DNA of 64,000 nt from Rubrimonas sp. (GTDB lineage: Bacteria; Pseudomonadota; Alphaproteobacteria; Rhodobacterales; Rhodobacteraceae), in contig DAIPIU010000002.1 in the NCBI GenBank assembly GCA_036770645.1, forward strand, positions 4,076-68,075. The letters are read 5' to 3'. This document shows positions 9,228 through 18,981 of the stretch, one piece after another. The translations under genes were made by a program, and so were the position numbers. The notes below the pieces were generated by a model. The model was not told where the DNA came from. It did not search any database and saw only the letters and a program-made list of their open reading frames with translations. Each line of letters opens with the position of its first letter. Within the stretch, counting starts at the first letter, position 1.

Positions 9228-9769
9228 TGTCGCGCATCGACGTGACCCGCCCCTTCCTGCCGGTGCGCATCGCCGTGCTGACCGTCTCCGACACCCGCAC
9301 CCCCGCCGAGGACAAGTCGGGCGACACGCTGGCCGCGCGCATCGCCGAGGCGGGGCATCTGCTGGCCGACCGCGCCATCGTCCGCGACGAGGCCGACGCG
9401 ATCGCGGCCCGGCTGCGCGCCTGGGTGGCCGATCCCGGCGTGGACGTGGTGCTGTCCACCGGCGGGACGGGCCTGACGGGGCGCGACGTGACGGTCGAGG
9501 CGCACCGCCGGGTCTACGAGAAGGAGATCGAGGCCTTCGGGACGCTGTTCACGATGGTCTCGTTCGGCAAGATCGGCACCTCGGCCATCCAGTCGCGCGC
9601 CTGCGCGGGCGTGGCGGGCGGCACCTACCTTTTCGCCCTGCCGGGCTCGCCCGGCGCCTGCCGCGACGCCTGGGACGAGATCCTGGAGCCGCAGCTCGAC
9701 ATGCGCCACCGCCCCTGCAATTTCGTCGAGATCATGCCCCGGCTCGACGAGCATCTGAGGCGCAAGTGA
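9227..9769 (+). CDS. moaB: Molybdenum cofactor biosynthesis protein B (MogA/MoaB family)
   Basis: 180 aa with IAVLTVSDTR, VVLSTGGTGLTGRDVT and FALPGSPGAC. The ATG shares one nucleotide with the lysE stop. Confidence 0.85.
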   Translation: MSRIDVTRPFLPVRIAVLTVSDTRTPAEDKSGDTLAARIAEAGHLLADRAIVRDEADAIAARLRAWVADPGVDVVLSTGGTGLTGRDVTVEAHRRVYEKEIEAFGTLFTMVSFGKIGTSAIQSRACAGVAGGTYLFALPGSPGACRDAWDEILEPQLDMRHRPCNFVEIMPRLDEHLRRK

Positions 9770-10239
9770 CCCCCGCGCGCGGCGCGGACGCCTTCCCGCC
9801 GCTGAACGACCTGTCGGGCGCGGGGGCCGCCCGGGGCGCGCATGTCGTGCTGCGCGACGCCGCGGGCCGCTTCCTGTGCCAGCTTCGCGACGACGCCCCG
9901 GCCGGCCGCCCGGCCGCATGGGGCTGCCCGGGACTGTGGGGCCTGTTCGGCGGCGGCATCGAGGCGGACGAGGCCCCGCACGAGGCCGCGCTGCGCGAGG
10001 TGGCGGAGGAGACGGGGCTGGCGCTCGACGCGGCGGCGCTGCGACCCGTCGGCCGCGCGGTCCTGCACGCCACGCCGCGCGCGCCGCTGCTGTGGATGTT
10101 CGCCGCCGATGTCGATGCCGCGCCGGCCGACCTGCGCCTGCGCGAGGGGGCGGGCTTCGCCTTCCTCACGCTCGCCCAGGCGCGGCGCATGGACTTCATC
10201 CCCGAGCATCTGCGGGCGATGGAGGTCGCGGCGCGCTGA
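9766..10239 (+). CDS. NUDIX hydrolase
   Basis: Nudix box GGGIEADEAPHEAALREVAEETGL. The GTG start overlaps the moaB stop (GTGA). Confidence 0.8.
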   Translation: MTPARGADAFPPLNDLSGAGAARGAHVVLRDAAGRFLCQLRDDAPAGRPAAWGCPGLWGLFGGGIEADEAPHEAALREVAEETGLALDAAALRPVGRAVLHATPRAPLLWMFAADVDAAPADLRLREGAGFAFLTLAQARRMDFIPEHLRAMEVAAR

Positions 10240-10807
10240 GGTCCGCCGCCCGGTCCACATCGGCGAGCCGGTCGGCCAGCGCCGCGCGGCGCCCCCGCAG
10301 CGATTCGACGGCATCCGCCAGAGCATGGGGCGAGGACCAGCGCGCGGCGCGGAACAGGCCCGCGGGCGGGCGGCGAGACCGGCCGCGCCTCAGGCCGACC
10401 AGCCAGAAGCCGCCATCCGTCGCTGGCCCGAACACCGCCTCCGCGCCGCCCAGCGCCCGGATGGCGCGGGCGACATGCGCCGCGGTCATGCCCGGGATGT
10501 CGGCGCCGACCACCACCGCCGGCCCCGGGGGGGCGCCGCCGAGCGCCCGCGCCATGCGCGCCCCCAGGTCGCCCCCGCCCTGGGGGATGCGCGGCACGCC
10601 CCGCGGCAGGTCGCGCGCGCGCAGGGCCGCGTCGGGCGCGACCGCAAGCACCAGCCGCCAGCGCGGGTCGCGCAGCGTCCGCACCGCTGCCGCCGCCCGC
10701 CGCCGGAACCACCATGCCGCCGCGACCATGCCGATGTCCCGCCCCAGCCGCGTCTTGACCCGGCCGGGACGGGGCTGCTTGAGGAACAGGATCACCGTCG
10801 CGCGCAT
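10196..10807 (-). CDS. DUF2064 / TIGR04282-type glycosyltransferase-like protein
   Basis: MRATVILFLKQPRPGRVKTRLG..., GADIPGMT and GPATDGGFWLVGLRR are typical of DUF2064. It was trimmed to ATG 10807. Its 3' end overlaps the NUDIX gene convergently by 44 nt. Confidence 0.65.
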   Translation of the reverse strand: MRATVILFLKQPRPGRVKTRLGRDIGMVAAAWWFRRRAAAAVRTLRDPRWRLVLAVAPDAALRARDLPRGVPRIPQGGGDLGARMARALGGAPPGPAVVVGADIPGMTAAHVARAIRALGGAEAVFGPATDGGFWLVGLRRGRSRRPPAGLFRAARWSSPHALADAVESLRGRRAALADRLADVDRAADLSAPRPPSPADARG

Positions 10808-10953
10808 CGCCGCCTCCCCGCCATGGCCGGCCCCGGATGCGGCCCTTGTCGCAGAGCGGCCTAGGGGACTTGGCCCCCCCGTCAAGGCTGGCTAGGCTGG
10901 CCCGCAGCCGCGCGACCACTGCAGACGCGGCGCGACGACGGGGGGCGGGAGCG

Positions 10954-13299
10954 ATGGCGGACGCGGAAGCCGAGGCGGGCCTGCCGTCTGCCGGGGTGTT
11001 GCGCTTCCTTCCCGCGATCCTGTCCGCGGCCGCCTTCTGGTGGTTCCTCGGCCATGTCGAGACCGTGGCGGGCATCGGCCCGCTCGCGTGGCTGTGGCCA
11101 TGGGCCCCGTCGCTGGGCATCACCTTCGCCTTCCTGCTCGACGGCCTCGGGCTGGTGTTCGCGCTGCTGGTGACCGGGATCGGGGCGCTGGTGCTGCTCT
11201 ACACCGCGGAATACTTCGCCCATCACCGCCAGCGCGACCGGCTGCTGCTGCTGCTGCTGCTGTTCGAGGCGTCGATGCTGGGCCTCGTGCTGGCCGACGA
11301 CGCCATCACCCTGTTCCTGTTCTGGGAAGGCACCACCGTCACCTCGTTCCTGCTGATCGGCTTCGACCACGAGAAGGCCGAGGCGCGCGCCAAGGCGATC
11401 CAGGCGCTGCTGGTCACGGGCCTCGGCGGCGTCGCGCTGCTGGCGGGCCTGCTGCTGCTGGGGGCCGAGGCCGGCAGCTACCGCTTCAGCGTCATCCGCC
11501 ACCAGGCCCCGATGCTGGCCGACAGCGCGCTGTATGCGCCGATCTTCTGGCTGGTCATCGTGGGGTGCTTCACCAAGTCGGCGCAGATCCCGTTCCATTT
11601 CTGGCTTCCGAACGCCATGGCCGCCCCCACCCCGGTCTCGGCCTACCTGCATTCAGCCACCATGGTGAAGGCCGGGGTCTATCTGCTGGCGCGGCTTTCG
11701 CCGACGCTGGGCGGGACCGAGCTGTGGATGTGGACGCTGACGCTGGCGGGCGGGGCGACCATGCTGCTGTCCTCGGTCTGGGCGATGCGGCAGGGCGACC
11801 TGAAGCTTGCGCTGGCCCACACCACGGTGATGGGGCTGGGCACGCTGACGCTGTTCCTCGGCCTCGGCGGCGACAAGGCCATCATCGGCTTCTGCGTGTT
11901 CCTGATCGTGCACGCGCTCTACAAGGCCGCGCTGTTCCTGGTGATCGGCATCCTCGACAAGAAGGCCGGCACGCGCGAAGCGGACGGGCTGTCGGGCCTG
12001 CGCGGCGCCATGCCGGTGACCTTCGCGATCGCGCTGTGCGCGGCGGCCTCGATGGCGGGCCTCGCGCCGTTCTTCGGCTTCATCGGCAAGGAGGCGCTGT
12101 ACGATGGTGCGCTGCATGCCGGCCCGCTGGGCTGGGCGGCTGCCGCGGCGGCGCTGGCGGCCAATGCGATGATGATCGCCATCGCCGGCGCGGTCGGCCT
12201 GACGCCCTTCATCGGCGCGCGCCGGGCGAAGAAGGCCGAGCCCGGCGACCCGTCGGTGTTCATGTGGATCGGCCCCGGCGTGCTGGCGGCGCTGGGGCTG
12301 GGCTTCGGGCTGGCGCCGGGCATACCCGACCACGCGCTGGTCGCGCCGATGGCGCGGTCGGTTGCGGGCCATGCGGTCGAGCCGCACCTCGCGCTGTGGC
12401 ACGGGCTGGGCCTGCCGCTGGCGCTGTCGCTGCTGACCTTCGGCCTCGGCTACCTGCTGTGGCGCTGGCTGCCCGCCACCCGCGCCAGGCTGGCCGCGGC
12501 GGAGGGCGCGGGGCTGCTCGAGGCCGCCGCGCCGCGCCGGGGCCTTGCGGCGGCGCTGCTGGGCGGGCGCGGCCTGCGCCGGTTCGAGGGCGGCTATGAC
12601 CGCGGACTGGCCGGCCTGACGGCGGGGGCGGCGGCGTTCTCGGGCCTGTTCCAGTCGGGCTATCCGACGCGCTATCTGCGGCTGACCTTCGGCGTCATGG
12701 CGGCGATGGCGCTGGCGGCGCTGGCGCTGGGCGGCGGGGTCGCGGTGCCCGTCCCCGGCGAGGTTCCCGTGTTGGCGGTGATCGCGGCGGCGCTGATGGT
12801 CGCGGGCACGCTCGCCCTGCCCTTCACCGAAAGCAGGCTGCTGCAGATCCTGTCGCTCGGCGTGGTGGGCGTGGGCGTGGCGCTGGTGTTCGCGCTCTAC
12901 AGCGCCATCGACGTGGCGATCACGCAGCTGATGGTCGAGACGCTGGTGGTGGTGATCCTGACCGTGGCGCTGCTGAAGCTGCCGCGGCTGGCGCTGCCGG
13001 CCACGCCCGCGGCCCGCCGGGCGCGGCGCTGGAACATCGGCATCGCCGGGGCTACGGGGCTGGCCTTCGCGGGCGGGCTTTCGACGGTGCTGTCGGGGCG
13101 GCTCGACCTCGGCGTGACCGAGTTCTACGAGAAGGCGTCGGCCCCGGTCGCCCATGGATACAACATCGTCAACGTCATCCTCGTGGATTTCCGCGGGGTG
13201 GACACCATGGGCGAGATCGCGGTGGTCGCCACCGCCGGTCTCGCGGCGCTGGCCCTGCTGGCCGCGCGCGCCCCCGCGCTGAAGGATCGTGACGAATGA
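10954..13299 (+). CDS. mrpA: Na+(K+)/H+ antiporter Mrp/Mnh subunit A
   Basis: 781 aa, NuoL-like ([38 protein letters not shown]), with a C-terminal MnhB-like segment ([20 protein letters not shown]). It is the first gene of a seven-gene set. Confidence 0.9.
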   Translation: MADAEAEAGLPSAGVLRFLPAILSAAAFWWFLGHVETVAGIGPLAWLWPWAPSLGITFAFLLDGLGLVFALLVTGIGALVLLYTAEYFAHHRQRDRLLLLLLLFEASMLGLVLADDAITLFLFWEGTTVTSFLLIGFDHEKAEARAKAIQALLVTGLGGVALLAGLLLLGAEAGSYRFSVIRHQAPMLADSALYAPIFWLVIVGCFTKSAQIPFHFWLPNAMAAPTPVSAYLHSATMVKAGVYLLARLSPTLGGTELWMWTLTLAGGATMLLSSVWAMRQGDLKLALAHTTVMGLGTLTLFLGLGGDKAIIGFCVFLIVHALYKAALFLVIGILDKKAGTREADGLSGLRGAMPVTFAIALCAAASMAGLAPFFGFIGKEALYDGALHAGPLGWAAAAAALAANAMMIAIAGAVGLTPFIGARRAKKAEPGDPSVFMWIGPGVLAALGLGFGLAPGIPDHALVAPMARSVAGHAVEPHLALWHGLGLPLALSLLTFGLGYLLWRWLPATRARLAAAEGAGLLEAAAPRRGLAAALLGGRGLRRFEGGYDRGLAGLTAGAAAFSGLFQSGYPTRYLRLTFGVMAAMALAALALGGGVAVPVPGEVPVLAVIAAALMVAGTLALPFTESRLLQILSLGVVGVGVALVFALYSAIDVAITQLMVETLVVVILTVALLKLPRLALPATPAARRARRWNIGIAGATGLAFAGGLSTVLSGRLDLGVTEFYEKASAPVAHGYNIVNVILVDFRGVDTMGEIAVVATAGLAALALLAARAPALKDRDE

Positions 13300-13760
13300 A
13301 CTCGCTGATCCTGTCCACGGCGACGCGCTTCGTGGCCCCGCTGATGCTGGCCTATTCGCTGTTCATCCTGCTGCGCGGCCACGACGAACCCGGCGGCGGC
13401 TTCATCGGCGGGCTGATCGCCGCGACGGCCTTCTGCCTCTATGCCAAGGCCGAGGGCACGGCCGCGGCCCGGCGCGCCCTGCGGATCGACCCCGCGACGG
13501 TCTCGCTGGCCGGCGTGGGCGTGGCGGTGGCCGCGGGCGTGCTGGGCTGGGCGGACACGGGGCATTTCCTCGCCAGCGTCTGGCCGCTGGTCGAATTCGA
13601 CGCCGCCGGCAACAAGGCCGGCGGCGTGCCCTTCGGCAGCGCGGCGCTGTTCGACACTGGCGTCTACCTGGTGGTGGTCGGGGCCATCGCGGGGCTGTTC
13701 CTCGCGCTGGAGGAGGACGCCTCGCGGGTGGCGGACCCGGCCAAGGGCGGGGAGGACTGA
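13296..13760 (+). CDS. mrpB: Mrp antiporter subunit B
   Basis: 154 aa with [20 protein letters not shown] overlap with mrpA. Confidence 0.85.
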   Translation: MNSLILSTATRFVAPLMLAYSLFILLRGHDEPGGGFIGGLIAATAFCLYAKAEGTAAARRALRIDPATVSLAGVGVAVAAGVLGWADTGHFLASVWPLVEFDAAGNKAGGVPFGSAALFDTGVYLVVVGAIAGLFLALEEDASRVADPAKGGED

Positions 13761-13764
13761 CCGG

Positions 13765-14121
13765 ATGGAGACGCTGATGATCGGCGTGATCGGCCTGATG
13801 GTCTCGGTCAGCGCCTACCTGATGATGTCGGGCAACCTCGTGCGCTTCCTGATCGGGCTGGGCAATCTGGGCAATGCCGTGAACCTGTCGATCTTCGTCG
13901 GCGGGCGGCTGACCTTCGGCGCGCCGCCCTTCGTTCCCGAGGGCGCGAAATACCCCGCGGGCGAGGTCGCCAACGCGCTGCCCCAGGCGCTGATCCTGAC
14001 CGCCATCGTCATCGGCTTCGGGCTGGTGGCCTTCACCCTGATCCTGATCTACCGCATCTACGGGGCCTTCGGGACGCTTGAGATGGACGAGATCGAGCTG
14101 GTCGAGAAGCGGGAGCGCTGA
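13765..14121 (+). CDS. mrpC: Mrp antiporter subunit C (NuoK-like)
   Basis: 118 aa starting METLMIGVIGLMVSVSAYLMMSGNLVRFLIGL...; PQALILTAIVIGF also present. Confidence 0.9.
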   Translation: METLMIGVIGLMVSVSAYLMMSGNLVRFLIGLGNLGNAVNLSIFVGGRLTFGAPPFVPEGAKYPAGEVANALPQALILTAIVIGFGLVAFTLILIYRIYGAFGTLEMDEIELVEKRER

Positions 14122-14127
14122 GAGCCC

Positions 14128-15627
14128 ATGCTGCCCGTCTCGCCCATCCTGCTGGGGTTCTGCGTCGCCATCCTGTGCCACGCGCTGCGCGACCGCCCGC
14201 TGGCCCAGCGCACCGCCAGCCTGCTGGGCGCGCTGGCGCAGTTCGCGGTGGCGGCCGTTCTGCTGCACGAGGCGATGAAGCGCGGCCCCGTGGTCGCCCA
14301 GATGGGCGGCTGGGCCGCGCCCTACGGCATCACGCTGGCGGTCGATACGCTGGGCGGGCTTATGCTGCTGGCGGCGGCGACCTGCGGCACGGCGGCGATC
14401 CTGTTCGGGTTTTCCGAGATCGACCGCGCCACCGAACGCCGGGGCCATCACAGCTTCGTGCACCTGCTGCTGGCGGGCGTCGGCGGGGCCTTCGCGACCG
14501 GCGACCTGTTCAACCTCTATGTCTGGTACGAGGTGCTGCTGATCGCGTCCTTCGGGCTGCTGGTGGTGCAGGGCGGGCGGCGGCAGCTCGACGGGGCCAT
14601 GCGCTATGTCGCGCTGAATCTCGTCGCCACGGTCGCCTTCCTGACCGGGGTCGGGCTGCTCTATGCGGCCACCGGCACGCTGAACATGGTCGACCTGCGC
14701 CGGGCGGTGGCCGACCTGCCCGCGCCGCAGCTGCTTGTGACGGCGGCGCTGCTGCTGTTCGGCTTCGGGGCGAAGGCCGCGATGTTTCCCGTCTTCGCCT
14801 GGCTGCCGGCCAGCTATCACGCGCCATCCTTCACCACCTCGGCGCTGTTCGCGGCGCTGCTGACCAAGGTCGGGGTCTATTCGCTGATCCGGGTGTTCAC
14901 GCTGATCTACCCGCCCGACACGCCCTATCTCGCCGACCTGCTGCTGTGGGGCGGCGGGCTGACGATGCTGGCGGGCGTGCTGGGGGCCATCGCGCAGCGC
15001 GAGCTGCGGCGGGTGCTGGCCTTCCAGGTGGTGGCCTCGATCGGCTTCATGGTCGCGGGGCTCGGCATCGGCACGCAGGCCGCGCTGGCGGGCGCGGTGT
15101 TCTACATGCTGCAGGACATGGTGGCGAAGGTGGCGCTGTTCGCGGTGGCCTTCCTCGCGGCGCGGCGCGGCGGCACCGAGGATCTGCGGCTGGCCGGCGG
15201 ACTGTGGGCCGCGGCCCCGTGGACCGGGGCGCTGTTCCTGATCCCGGCGCTGTCGCTGGCGGGCGTGCCGCCCTTCGCGGGCTTCTGGGGCAAGGTGATG
15301 GTGGTCGGCGCGGCGCTGGATGCGCAGGCCTGGTGGCTGGCCGCTGCGGCGCTGGGCACCGGCCTGCTGACGCTCTATTCCATGGGCCTCGTCTGGTCCG
15401 AGATGTTCTGGAAGGCCCGCATCGCCGGCGCGCCGGCGATGCCGGCGGCCCTGCCCGCGCCCCGGGCGGCGCTGCTGGCGACGCTGGCGCTGGCGGCGAC
15501 GATCATCGCGCTGGGGGTGGCCCCGGCGGCGCTGATCGAGGCCGCGCAGCAGGCTGCGGCGGAGCTGACGGCGCCGGATGCGCTGGGCCGCGCGGTGATG
15601 GGCCCGGACTGGAGCGACCCGCGATGA
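14128..15627 (+). CDS. mrpD: Mrp antiporter subunit D (NuoN/M-like)
   Basis: 499 aa polytopic protein with FNLYVWYEVLLIASF and LPASYHAPSFTTSALFAALLTKVGVY. Confidence 0.9.
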   Translation: MLPVSPILLGFCVAILCHALRDRPLAQRTASLLGALAQFAVAAVLLHEAMKRGPVVAQMGGWAAPYGITLAVDTLGGLMLLAAATCGTAAILFGFSEIDRATERRGHHSFVHLLLAGVGGAFATGDLFNLYVWYEVLLIASFGLLVVQGGRRQLDGAMRYVALNLVATVAFLTGVGLLYAATGTLNMVDLRRAVADLPAPQLLVTAALLLFGFGAKAAMFPVFAWLPASYHAPSFTTSALFAALLTKVGVYSLIRVFTLIYPPDTPYLADLLLWGGGLTMLAGVLGAIAQRELRRVLAFQVVASIGFMVAGLGIGTQAALAGAVFYMLQDMVAKVALFAVAFLAARRGGTEDLRLAGGLWAAAPWTGALFLIPALSLAGVPPFAGFWGKVMVVGAALDAQAWWLAAAALGTGLLTLYSMGLVWSEMFWKARIAGAPAMPAALPAPRAALLATLALAATIIALGVAPAALIEAAQQAAAELTAPDALGRAVMGPDWSDPR

Positions 15628-16097
15628 GCCTCCTGCCCATCAACCTGCTGATCGCGCTGGCCTGGGCCTTCGTGGCGGGCTCCTTCTCCGGGGCCAACCT
15701 CGCCCTGGGCTTCGCCGCGGGCTTTATCGCGCTCTATGCCTTCTCCGAGGCCGTGGGCGGCCCCGCCTATCACCGCCACGTCAAGGCCTGGGCATGGGTG
15801 CTGTGGTGTTTCGCCTACGACCTCGTGATGTCCACCTGGCAGGTGGCGGTCGCCGTGGTGACGATGAACCATCGCGGCCGGTCGCGCTTCGTGACCGTGC
15901 CGCTCGACGTGCAGTCCGACCTCGGGATCATCATGGTGGCGAACCTGATCTCGCTGACGCCCGGCACGCTGAGCGTCGATGTCTCGCCCGACCGGAAGTC
16001 GCTGCTGATCCACGCCCTGATCGCCGACGACCCCGAGGCGCTGGTGGCCGACATCAAGACCGGCCTCGAGAAGCGCGTGCTGGAGGTGACGCAATGA
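15624..16097 (+). CDS. mrpE: Mrp antiporter subunit E
   Basis: 157 aa starting MSLLPINLLIALAWAFVAGSF...; ANLISLTPGTLSVDV also present. ATGA overlap with mrpD. Confidence 0.85.
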   Translation: MSLLPINLLIALAWAFVAGSFSGANLALGFAAGFIALYAFSEAVGGPAYHRHVKAWAWVLWCFAYDLVMSTWQVAVAVVTMNHRGRSRFVTVPLDVQSDLGIIMVANLISLTPGTLSVDVSPDRKSLLIHALIADDPEALVADIKTGLEKRVLEVTQ

Positions 16098-16396
16098 GCC
16101 CCTTCGACCTGCCCCCGCTCGTGGCCGGCGCCTTGGCCGCCGCGGTCGCCATGAGCGGCCTGTCGCTGGTGCTGGCCTTCCTGCGCCTGCTGCGAGGGCC
16201 GACGCTGGCGGACCGGGTGGTGGCGGCCGATCTGGTCACCACCATCCTGATCGTGCTGCTGACGCTGGTGGGCCTCGGCCTCGACGACGGGGCCTATCTG
16301 GATGCGGCCGTGGCGCTGGCGCTGGTCGCGTTCCTCGCGACCGTGGCCTTCGCCCGCTACATCGACCGCCGCACCCCGCCGGAGGCCGCGCCATGA
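16094..16396 (+). CDS. mrpF: Mrp antiporter subunit F
   Basis: 100 aa with LRLLRGPTLADRVVAADL. ATGA overlap with mrpE. Confidence 0.85.
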   Translation: MSPFDLPPLVAGALAAAVAMSGLSLVLAFLRLLRGPTLADRVVAADLVTTILIVLLTLVGLGLDDGAYLDAAVALALVAFLATVAFARYIDRRTPPEAAP

Positions 16397-16731
16397 GCTT
16401 CGTCTGGGAGATCATCGCCGCGGGCCTGCTGGTCGCGGGCGGCGGGCTGGTGCTGCTGGCCGGGGTCGGCATCATCCGCCTCGAGGACGTGTTCCTGCGC
16501 ATGCACGCCGCCACCAAGGCGGGCACGCTGGGCCTCGGGCTGGTGGTGATCGCCGCCGGGCTGTGGACCGAAAGCACCGCGCTCGCCGAGAAGGCGATCA
16601 TGGTGTTCCTGTTCATCCTCGTGACCGCGCCGGTCAGCGCGCATCTGGTGGGGCGCGCCGTCTACCGCGCCATGACGCGCGACGAACGAGAGGCGGGCTC
16701 GCCCGGCGTCCACCCGGGCGAGCCGGGCTAG
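16393..16731 (+). CDS. mrpG: Mrp antiporter subunit G
   Basis: 112 aa with GIIRLEDVFLRMHAATKAGTLG. ATGA overlap with mrpF. Confidence 0.85.
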   Translation: MSFVWEIIAAGLLVAGGGLVLLAGVGIIRLEDVFLRMHAATKAGTLGLGLVVIAAGLWTESTALAEKAIMVFLFILVTAPVSAHLVGRAVYRAMTRDEREAGSPGVHPGEPG

Positions 16732-16944
16732 GCGCGGGACCCGGCCGGCGGTTTCGCGGCAGGGCGGCGCTCCGGTCCGGGGGCCGGGGGGCTGCGCGCC
16801 GGGCCGCCCCATCGCGCGCGGATCGTCGCGACGCTGCCGAACGCGCAGGAGCGCCGCGGCCCGGGGCGCGGCATCGCCGCCCTGCGCATCGGGGGAGGCG
16901 GGGCCACCGCGGTCGCGGTCGGGCGGGGCAGGGGACCAGACGCC

Positions 16945-18282
16945 TCAGCCCAGATAGACGCGCGCGGCGGGATAGGCGATCCGCGGCCGCGCGCGGGTCG
17001 CGAGGAAGAATCCCAACGTCAGGGGCCCGACCCGTCCGAGAAACATCGCCGCCATGATCACGCCGCGGCCCCAGTCGTCGAGACGGCCGGTCTCGCCGCG
17101 CGACAGGCCCACCGTTCCGAAGGCCGAGCAGAGCTCGAACACGATGTCGAGGAATTCGCCGTCATGGCCGATCAGGATCGCGAAGGCCCCGAACCCGACC
17201 ACCCCCATGCTGATGGTCGTCAGCGCCATCGCCTTGAACACCTCCTCGAGCCCCAGGCTTCGCCCGAAGGCGTTGAGCTGGGTGCGCCGCCGGAAGAAGG
17301 CGACGGTGGCGAGGATCAGCACGATGAAGGTCGTCACCTTGATGCCGCCGCCGGTCGATGCGCTGCCGGCCCCGATCAGCATCAGCGAGATCATCATGAT
17401 GGTGGTCGATTCGTGCAGGCCTGCGATGTCGACGGTGTTGAAACCTGCGGTGCGCGGCGTGACGCCCTGGAACCAGGCGGCCATGAGCCGGGTCGGCACG
17501 TCCAGCGGGCCGAGCGTGCGCGGGTTGTTCCATTCGAGAACGGCGAATGCGCCGACCCCCCAGAGGATCAGCGCCGCGGTGCCGGCGAGCATGAGTTTCG
17601 TGTGGAAGCTCCAGCGCCGCCAGCCGCGCTTGGTCGCGACTTCCCACACCACGCTGTAGCCGAGCCCTCCGAGGATGAAGAGCCCCGGCACGACGAGGTT
17701 GACCACGGGGTTCGCGACCCATCGCGACAGGCCGTCCGGGCTGAGCTGGAACCCGGCGTTGTTGAAGGCCGAGACGGCGTGGAAGGCCGCGCTCCACAGC
17801 CCGTCCCGCCAGCCGAGCGCAGGCACGAAGACCAGCGCGAGCAGCGCCGCGCCCGCAATTTCGACGGCGAACACGACGCGCACCACGATCCACACGAGCC
17901 GGCGCAGGCCTTGCAGCGAGGTCTGGCTGAGATCGTCGCGCAGGACCATCTGCGACGGCAGGCCCATCTGCAGGCCGAGCGCCGCAAGGATCGCCACGGC
18001 GAAGGTCATGAGCCCGAGGCCGCCGAGCTGCATCAGCACCATCAGCACGCCCTGACCGAACGGCGTCAGGGACGTGCCGATGTCGAACACGACGAGGCCC
18101 GTCACCGTAACGGCAGAGGTGGCGGTGAACAGCGCGTCGTTCCAGCCGAAGGGGATCGCCTGCGCCCGCGGCGTCATGAGCAGCGCCGAGCCGACCGCGA
18201 TGAAGCCGGCATAGGCGAGCGCGAGAAGGGCGGGCGGCGGCAGCCGCAGCCAGCGCCGCCCGCCCATGCCGGCGCGCGCCAC
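16945..18282 (-). CDS. ktrB: K+ transporter membrane subunit, TrkH/KtrB family
   Basis: 445 aa with repeated selectivity-filter-like segments (TSAVTVTGL, NNAGF, RTAGFN, STGGGIKV). Confidence 0.9.
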   Translation of the reverse strand: MARAGMGGRRWLRLPPPALLALAYAGFIAVGSALLMTPRAQAIPFGWNDALFTATSAVTVTGLVVFDIGTSLTPFGQGVLMVLMQLGGLGLMTFAVAILAALGLQMGLPSQMVLRDDLSQTSLQGLRRLVWIVVRVVFAVEIAGAALLALVFVPALGWRDGLWSAAFHAVSAFNNAGFQLSPDGLSRWVANPVVNLVVPGLFILGGLGYSVVWEVATKRGWRRWSFHTKLMLAGTAALILWGVGAFAVLEWNNPRTLGPLDVPTRLMAAWFQGVTPRTAGFNTVDIAGLHESTTIMMISLMLIGAGSASTGGGIKVTTFIVLILATVAFFRRRTQLNAFGRSLGLEEVFKAMALTTISMGVVGFGAFAILIGHDGEFLDIVFELCSAFGTVGLSRGETGRLDDWGRGVIMAAMFLGRVGPLTLGFFLATRARPRIAYPAARVYLG

Positions 18283-18287
18283 GTCGG

Positions 18288-18947
18288 CTAGAGCGTGTCG
18301 CCGAAGGCGCGCAGAGCGGGCCTGCGGCCGAGCATCAGCATCCGGTCCTCCGCGTGCAGCACCGTCGCCGGGTCCGCCGCGTCAACGTAGTCCGGCCCGC
18401 GCATGATGCCGAGACAGCGCAGGTCGAATTTTGCCGCCAGCTTGAGCGAGCCGACGGCCTTGCCCTCCATCCAGGCTGGGGCGACCATGTTGACGACGTG
18501 GAACCCGTTGCCGAGGCTGACGTAATCGCGCACGGCCGGGTTGTTCAGCATCTGCGCGATGTGCTGGCCCATCTCGACTTCCGGCAGCACGACACGCTCC
18601 GCGCCGAGCTTGAGCAGGATGCGGTGCTGCGTGCGGTCGGCGGCCTTGGCCCAGACGGTCTTCACGCCGATGAGCTTGGCGTTCATCGTCGCCAGCACGG
18701 CGGCCTCGAGATCGCCGCCCATGGCGACCACTGCGACCGTGCATTCCTCGATGCCGGCCTCGCGCAACGCGGCCTCGTCGCGGGCATCGGCGATCACCGC
18801 CTCCGCGAGCACGTCCGCCAGCCGCGAGACGGCGCGTTCGTTGCTGTCGATCCCGAGGACATGGTTGCCGAAACGGGCGAGTTCCGACGCCACGGTCGAG
18901 CCGAAGCTGCCGAGGCCGATGACCGCGAAGTTCCTGCGCTTCTCCAT
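18288..18947 (-). CDS. ktrA: K+ uptake regulatory subunit, TrkA-N/TrkA-C (KtrA-like)
   Basis: 219 aa with Rossmann motif FAVIGLGSFGSTVA and a C-terminal RCK_C segment. It lies 5 nt upstream of ktrB. Confidence 0.9.
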   Translation of the reverse strand: MEKRRNFAVIGLGSFGSTVASELARFGNHVLGIDSNERAVSRLADVLAEAVIADARDEAALREAGIEECTVAVVAMGGDLEAAVLATMNAKLIGVKTVWAKAADRTQHRILLKLGAERVVLPEVEMGQHIAQMLNNPAVRDYVSLGNGFHVVNMVAPAWMEGKAVGSLKLAAKFDLRCLGIMRGPDYVDAADPATVLHAEDRMLMLGRRPALRAFGDTL

Positions 18948-18981
18948 CGGTCCATCCCGCAGTGCGAGCGGGCCCCCGGTT

